Below are positions 58,569-64,000 of a DNA stretch of 64,000 nt, in pieces. A program made the position numbers and the translations under genes. The stretch covers positions 1,632,001 through 1,696,000 of the forward strand of contig CBDAOB010000005.1 of the NCBI GenBank assembly GCA_965197905.1, in the 5' to 3' direction. The stretch comes from Candidatus Latescibacterota bacterium (GTDB lineage Bacteria; Latescibacterota; UBA2968; UBA8231). The notes under the pieces were generated by a model. That model did not search any database and was not told the origin of the DNA. It was given only the letters and a program-made list of their open reading frames with translations. Positions within the stretch are counted from its first letter, which is position 1. Every line of letters begins with the position of its first letter.

Positions 58569-60344
58569 TCAGTTGGCGGCTTCCTCCTTCTTCTTGTCCC
58601 CCAACGACCCGATCCAGAAGATGAAGCAGATCAAAGCGCCGAAGGTGATGACGATGGCGGCGATGATGTTGGAAGCGTCACCCACGGTCGGGGTGAAGGC
58701 GTCTGGTGAAGTGTCTCTCATGACCCCGTATATATGCCAGTCCTCCCGGATGCCCGACCGCACGTACCCCATGAGTCCCATCATGGCGGTAAAGGTGACA
58801 GCCAGCATTATGAGGATGTACTGAGACTGGTCCGTCATCTTGCCCCACTGCACCTCGCCGGTGGATGATGCCCGTCGATAGAGGATGACATCGAGGACGG
58901 TCACCGAGAACAGCACGGCCAGAACTACCAGCACCTGTCCCGGCGTCAGGACGTTCACCCGCTCGAGGCTAGGCACGTAGTACCCCATCACGCCGAAAAC
59001 CACCACGATGACTGCGGCGACGGCGAAGATGGTGCCCACCACGACGTTGACGGGCTTGGACCAGCGCACTGTCGGAGTCTTGCCGGATCTGCGGTAAAAG
59101 AGAAAGGTCAAGAAGGTGGTGAGAATGATGAGGTTTACCGCCGTGTTCTTGGCCGACATGACTCCGAAAACCCCCACGAGCGGATGGTGTTCACCGCCTA
59201 TGGCCGCCTTCTCCACCTGGCTCAGGATCAGGGTCCTGGGAGTCGCCCACACGGCGATGCAGGCGACGAGAACGGCGAATACGAAAGGCCGATATCGGGC
59301 GTATCTCTCGGCGCCTTTGATGCGGCCCATCCCCGACCACAGGTAGAAGTTCACACCCAGGAAGAGCACCCCTATCATGGCCGCCTGGATGATGAAGAGC
59401 CACGAGAACAGGCTGCCCATCATGTTGATGCCCATGGTCTGGTTGAACTCGTAGATCTCCTTGGCGAGCCAATACCCGGCGAAGGGCAGGGGGATGAGGG
59501 CGCTCACGGCGATGAAGTTTCCAGTGTAGCCCATCCAGTCGTAGTGGGCCTTGTCGGATGCGCTCGTGGCTGTGAGGAATCGGACTGCCGCGTAGGCCCC
59601 TACGACTGCTCCCCCGAAGGCGATGTTGGCGATGAAGCGGTGAATGTTGATCGGCATCCAGGTGAAGTTATAAACCGCATCCCCCAGGCTGATCAGAGCC
59701 CCGTTCTCGTCTATCCCGCCAGGACTCGTCATGAAGGTGAGCCAGGCGTTGGCCACGCACATGATCGCCGTGCCGAAGACGTTGAGTAGCACGCCGATGG
59801 TCAGGTGCAGCCACTTCCGATTCATCAACCGTTCCCACGAGTACCAGTAGAGATAGAGGCTGAAGGTCTCGCCGAAGAAGAGGGCCACGTAGAGCACGTA
59901 GGTAGGAGTGAAGATATTGCTCATGTAGCCGAAGAATTTGGGATAGAAACCGATCATCAGGAACAGGAGCACGGCACCAAACATGGCGGTGGTGGAGAAA
60001 GCCACGAGACACAGCTTGATGAACTCGCGGGCCATGCGGTCGTAGCGCGGATCGCCGGTGCGCATGCCGACGAACTCGATGATCACGGCAAAGAGTGGGA
60101 CACCGAGAATGAAGGCGGCGAACATGAGGTGGAGCTGCCCTACGACCCAGACCGCCACCCGGCTGCCTATCACCGGGAACTCCCGGTACTCTGGGATGTC
60201 GGAGAGCGCGGCTTGGGGCCAGGCCGATGTGCTCGTGAAGAAGAGAACCAGACCGAAGGCGATGGCCGTTAGTGCCGGCGGCGAACTGAGGCCCTCAGGC
60301 AGGCATTTGCCTTTCGTACGGTAGGGAGCTGTTTGGTGGATCAA
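58569..60344 (-). CDS. Cytochrome bd ubiquinol oxidase subunit I-like protein; start uncertain
   Basis: HLMFAAFILGVP, FFGE, NAWLTFMTSP, HRFIAN, MGYVRSGIREDWHIYG; many TM helices. Confidence 0.83.
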   Translation of the reverse strand: MIHQTAPYRTKGKCLPEGLSSPPALTAIAFGLVLFFTSTSAWPQAALSDIPEYREFPVIGSRVAVWVVGQLHLMFAAFILGVPLFAVIIEFVGMRTGDPRYDRMAREFIKLCLVAFSTTAMFGAVLLFLMIGFYPKFFGYMSNIFTPTYVLYVALFFGETFSLYLYWYSWERLMNRKWLHLTIGVLLNVFGTAIMCVANAWLTFMTSPGGIDENGALISLGDAVYNFTWMPINIHRFIANIAFGGAVVGAYAAVRFLTATSASDKAHYDWMGYTGNFIAVSALIPLPFAGYWLAKEIYEFNQTMGINMMGSLFSWLFIIQAAMIGVLFLGVNFYLWSGMGRIKGAERYARYRPFVFAVLVACIAVWATPRTLILSQVEKAAIGGEHHPLVGVFGVMSAKNTAVNLIILTTFLTFLFYRRSGKTPTVRWSKPVNVVVGTIFAVAAVIVVVFGVMGYYVPSLERVNVLTPGQVLVVLAVLFSVTVLDVILYRRASSTGEVQWGKMTDQSQYILIMLAVTFTAMMGLMGYVRSGIREDWHIYGVMRDTSPDAFTPTVGDASNIIAAIVITFGALICFIFWIGSLGDKKKEEAAN

Positions 60345-60950
60345 AGCTGTTCGGATCTTCCTGCTATTCTTGTGGCCTCGCCTGATGGGCAAACTGCTGA
60401 GGAAGGGGCGCCATGGTAACTCCCCCGAAAAAAAACGGACACCCTCCTTCCAGAGGGATGCCGACGAATAACCAGCCCCTGAAGCAGGTATCCTATAGTA
60501 CGTGGTTACAAATAGCAAGTGGTTACAAAAAAATTACCCGAGGACCTGCCAGTGTTGCGCGCAGCGCCCATACCGCGGCTCGACCAGAATCCACTTGACC
60601 TCTGCCGATGATACCGTTTATCCTTCCTAACCGTCCTTGGCAAAAATGGGAATCGAGTAGCGTGCCCGGGAAAATGGGCATACCGAAACGAGTATCGTAT
60701 TTCCCTAACAGTTGGTCTCTGTTGAGACGAATTCGTGACAAAACTGGAAGTGAAAATAGCAATCGTCTGCTTCGCGACGCCGGAAAATCTAACGCCGTCT
60801 TACAACCCCCGTCATAGACCACTACGAAGATCGAGCCAGTTTAGCTCGCAATGATGGCTCCGCCGATCCGGACCAGGTTTTGAAAACATCTTGGAACACC
60901 TGGAGTCGATCAAGCGCTAGATTTGACAGCTTGGTGCAGCCCTACGCGAC

Positions 60951-61451
60951 GTGCTGACCTTCAAAACCTTCGTTCTTTGGTTACATTTGACAGTCGCAGT
61001 AATTTGGCTCGGCGGCATGTTTTTCATGACAGTCGTACTGTTGCCAATGTGGCGACGCTCCACGGCCTCCCCCAGAGAATTCTCTGGGACAATCGAAAGG
61101 ACGGTGAAGCGTTTTCAGACCATAAGTTGGGAGGCGGTCGGAATCATATTTCTTACGGGAATTTTCAATCTAACCAATGCCGGGCTCGTGCGTGAGTTTA
61201 ATTTCAGCGCGGCCTATCTATATATAGTGGTAACTAAGCTGTTTCTCCTGGTCGTGATCGTTGCAAACCAGTCGTTTCAAAGCTACAGCATTTTGCCAAA
61301 ACTAATTTCTGCGTCATCGACAGACGACAATTTGCCGGCGAGGTCGGATTCGTTCGACAGACTTCACAAGAAGACCATGATCCTGTCGATTCTGAATTTA
61401 GTGTTGGCCGGCTTAGTGATTTATTTAGGGTTGGGGCTGAAGTATCAATAA
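60951..61451 (+). CDS. CopD/DUF4149-like four-TM membrane protein
   Basis: WLHLTVAVIWLGGMFF, TGIFN, KLFL. Confidence 0.72.
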   Translation: MLTFKTFVLWLHLTVAVIWLGGMFFMTVVLLPMWRRSTASPREFSGTIERTVKRFQTISWEAVGIIFLTGIFNLTNAGLVREFNFSAAYLYIVVTKLFLLVVIVANQSFQSYSILPKLISASSTDDNLPARSDSFDRLHKKTMILSILNLVLAGLVIYLGLGLKYQ

Positions 61452-61471
61452 AGAGAAGCGGAGGCTTGCTG

Positions 61472-61984
61472 CTAAGGTTGGGGTCCCTTCAGTCCTTCTG
61501 TGAATATAACTCGCAAATCCGGGCGGTGGAGTGACTTGCCCAAGAAGTCCCTAAACATCTCGTATATTCCACACCGCAGCGCATCTGCATCCACCGGGAA
61601 TAGGTTTAAGAGATTCCTGGCGTCTTTTACCATATTGCTCCAGGTGTCGTTTTGCGGCCAATCGCCCGTTTCCCTTGTAGAGGCCGGCACCATTTCGAGT
61701 CTAAGTTCGAAGAAATGATGGAAGCGTTCCAAGGCTTTGAATTCGTCCTGGGTGAAACCGTCTGTAAATTCTGCAACAGCCTTCTCAGAATTGTCGCCCT
61801 TCAAGCCGCCATCAAGGTACCGTATTCCCGGCAAATAAATGTCGTCGAACCAGATGCGGGCCAATTCGAAGGCCAATTTCCCAGGAGCGATGAACTTGTG
61901 GCACGCCTTCAAACTCTCCTCCGAGGTGAGAAACAGGAGGAAAACGATCACGTGTTTCCTGGTCTTTTCTGTCTCCGTCGCCAT
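61472..61984 (-). CDS. Hypothetical protein
   Basis: 170-aa ORF, ATG start, protein-like composition. Confidence 0.65.
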   Translation of the reverse strand: MATETEKTRKHVIVFLLFLTSEESLKACHKFIAPGKLAFELARIWFDDIYLPGIRYLDGGLKGDNSEKAVAEFTDGFTQDEFKALERFHHFFELRLEMVPASTRETGDWPQNDTWSNMVKDARNLLNLFPVDADALRCGIYEMFRDFLGKSLHRPDLRVIFTEGLKGPQP

Positions 61985-62059
61985 ATTATTCGTCCCGAAA
62001 TTTCACGAGCAGTCGTGCGTCTTTGTCCGGCAACGTCAAGATCCCCAAATCCGTGGGCT

Positions 62060-62584
62060 TCACCTCGCCTCTTTCGGTTGAGGAAGTTCCGGAGAATAGT
62101 CGAAATTGTCCGAAAGCGCTGCCTGGGCCGCAAAAGCGAAAAGGGTAACCAATCCCCAGGATAAACCCATGGCAACGCCCACGTCGATGATGCCCCGCCA
62201 GGGCTGGTCGATACCCTGTATGATGGTAATCAAGATGATTATTGCCGCCGTGAGCGCGATGACATTTCGCTGTCGATTTCGAAGTACGTGAAAGTAGCCA
62301 ATACAGAACAGCGGTGCTAGGAAAACATGCAAGACCTTCGGATTTTGGCGCAGATGTTTACACCTTGCAACGACCCTTGGCGAGAAGCCTTTCTGGAAGC
62401 CGCGATATCCCTCCGAATAGACCATGAATAACGAATTGATCACCAGCGCCACCCAGTGATACCAAAACAATTCATACAGAAAAGCCTCTACCGCAACTGG
62501 TGCCAATCGATATAATGCAAAACCGATCAACAATCCAATTCCTGCAAATCCCCAAATTGCTCCCAATAAACCGATCAAATGCAT
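62060..62584 (-). CDS. Hypothetical membrane protein
   Basis: Hydrophobic segments; EGYRGFQKGFSPRVVAR and QPWRGIIDVG read like conserved motifs. Confidence 0.75.
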   Translation of the reverse strand: MHLIGLLGAIWGFAGIGLLIGFALYRLAPVAVEAFLYELFWYHWVALVINSLFMVYSEGYRGFQKGFSPRVVARCKHLRQNPKVLHVFLAPLFCIGYFHVLRNRQRNVIALTAAIIILITIIQGIDQPWRGIIDVGVAMGLSWGLVTLFAFAAQAALSDNFDYSPELPQPKEAR

Positions 62585-62594
62585 CTGAAAAAAA

Positions 62595-62957
62595 TCAAAA
62601 GTCGATTCCCGGCGAATCCTTCCATTTGGGCTCGCCCTCTGGCTTGAAATTCCGCGTGCCAACGAAATTCAATTCGTGATGATGAAAATTTAGTTTGAAT
62701 TTGCCGCCGCCGAAATTGTCCAATAGATAGTTCATGGGATCGTTAACCAGCGGGGTCATGTCTTTGCCATTGTAGCGTGCAAGTCCTTTGAATCGGACTG
62801 AATTTTGCCAGGGTTCCTGAACCAATACCGTTACCGATGATTCGCGCAATGTTTGGAAAAAAGCATTTTGCAGGTCGTCCTGAGAAGGACTTTCATTTCC
62901 CAAGCGTTCCAGCTCCCTGGTAACGTATTCTTCGTAGATTTCCCAAACCCAATCCAT
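62595..62957 (-). CDS. Hypothetical protein
   Basis: 120-aa ORF directly upstream of the previous gene. Confidence 0.65.
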   Translation of the reverse strand: MDWVWEIYEEYVTRELERLGNESPSQDDLQNAFFQTLRESSVTVLVQEPWQNSVRFKGLARYNGKDMTPLVNDPMNYLLDNFGGGKFKLNFHHHELNFVGTRNFKPEGEPKWKDSPGIDF

Positions 62958-63381
62958 ACATAGCCTGTGCGGTACGAATTTCGTTAATGTGAGTGACAGA
63001 GAAAACTTTCAGCGATTATGATGGCGACACTGACAGAAAATATCAATAGTCATTACAGCCAATTCGTCATCCAAACGACGCGACCAGACCGACTTGACCG
63101 CTACCGATAGTACCGTTTATCCTTCTACCCGTCCGCGGCTCTGATGGGATGCCAATTCGTGGGAAGGAATTCATCAGACCCCAGCCGCGTGATTTTACAG
63201 CTGCTATCTTCAAGCTCCAGACGAGTGAAAGTGGCAAACTGCCCACCCACGAGGACATCAAGAAGGGCATCAAAAATGGCTCAATCCAGATTGACATCTG
63301 GAATTTCGGACCGTCAAACGAAATCTGCAAACCGAGATCAATCCATTGACTCTGGGTCTCCCATCTAATCAACTTAGCCAG

Positions 63382-64000
63382 TTGACTTCCCCTACCGAGT
63401 ACCGCCCGTCCCTCATCTCCTGGAACCTCACCAAAATGTGCAACCTGCGGTGTCCGCACTGTTATCTAGACGCCGGCAAGAGGGCGGAGGATGAGCTCAC
63501 CACCATTGAATGCTTTGCGCTTATTGACGAGATGAAGGCATTGGGAACGGAAATGCTGATTCTTACCGGTGGGGAGCCGTTATTACGAAAGGATATCTAT
63601 GACATCGCAAGATATGCTTCCGAGCGGGGCATTTGGGTTGTTATGGGTACAAACGGCGTTTTGATTACTGATAAAGTTGTGCAGAAGATGTTGGAATGTG
63701 GGGTGAAGGGCGTGGGCATCAGCATCGATTCAATGGATCCCGAGAAGCACGATGGATTTCGCGGGGGTCCGAAATCGTGGGAATATTCGGTTCAGGCTCT
63801 GGAAATATCTCGAGCCCACGGTTTGGAAGTTCTGGTTCAAACGACGGTCATGGAAACGAATTACTACGAGATTCCTCAGCTGATTGACTTTGCAAAGGAG
63901 AAGGGAGCCTGGTCGTTCAACCTTTATTTTCTGGTGCAGACGGGCCGCGGAGAGGAAATGAACGATCTGTCTCCACAGCAGACCGAGGCGATGCTCACGA
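63382..64000 (+). CDS. Radical SAM protein (NirJ/AhbC/AhbD-like), runs off window end
   Basis: Manual translation: SWNLTKMCNLRCPHCY, LTGGEPLLR, GTNG, ISIDS, LVQTGRG. Confidence 0.9.
   Translation, partial: MTSPTEYRPSLISWNLTKMCNLRCPHCYLDAGKRAEDELTTIECFALIDEMKALGTEMLILTGGEPLLRKDIYDIARYASERGIWVVMGTNGVLITDKVVQKMLECGVKGVGISIDSMDPEKHDGFRGGPKSWEYSVQALEISRAHGLEVLVQTTVMETNYYEIPQLIDFAKEKGAWSFNLYFLVQTGRGEEMNDLSPQQTEAMLT

Noticed and set aside
60523..60840. DCC-type thiol-disulfide oxidoreductase suggested by VVYDGGC
   Set aside because: The second Cys is missing and the rest of the ORF is not protein-like; at most a remnant.
1..64000. CRISPR array or cas genes
   Set aside because: No regularly spaced repeats or Cas motifs seen; the only tandem repeat is two in-frame 33-bp units.

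Overview
Bacterial chromosomal window, mostly GC-rich. Taxonomy cannot be fixed from the sequence alone. About 1-25.8 kb is a housekeeping block: gmd (partial), gcvP/gcvT, coaE, hflKC, clpP, a REC-GGDEF protein, epmA, clpX, an extended cold-shock protein, an AI-2E transporter, trxA, holA, purM, hisN, a sigma-70 factor, rph, a DnaC-like ATPase, smpB and tRNA-Leu. About 25.9-38.3 kb is the most unusual part. Two paralogous ~630-aa proteins of no family I recognise flank a VOC protein, a MerR-like HTH, a DUF815-like AAA+ ATPase and a J-domain gene. That J-domain gene is split by a 3.4-kb IS1595-family element with perfect 29-bp terminal inverted repeats. The element carries cargo: a putative rod-shaped RNA, a YWTD beta-propeller lipoprotein and a small repeat protein. 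About 41-60.5 kb is a respiratory super-cluster, with an alternative complex III plus caa3 oxidase operon converging on a cytochrome bd-like (CydA only) / multi-cytochrome c / DOMON-heme operon. The window ends in a lower-GC stretch with a partial radical SAM gene. Four single-base frameshifts (three in G runs) and one in-frame TAG suggest assembly errors, so these breaks need read-level checking. All family names come from motif recognition, not database searches.
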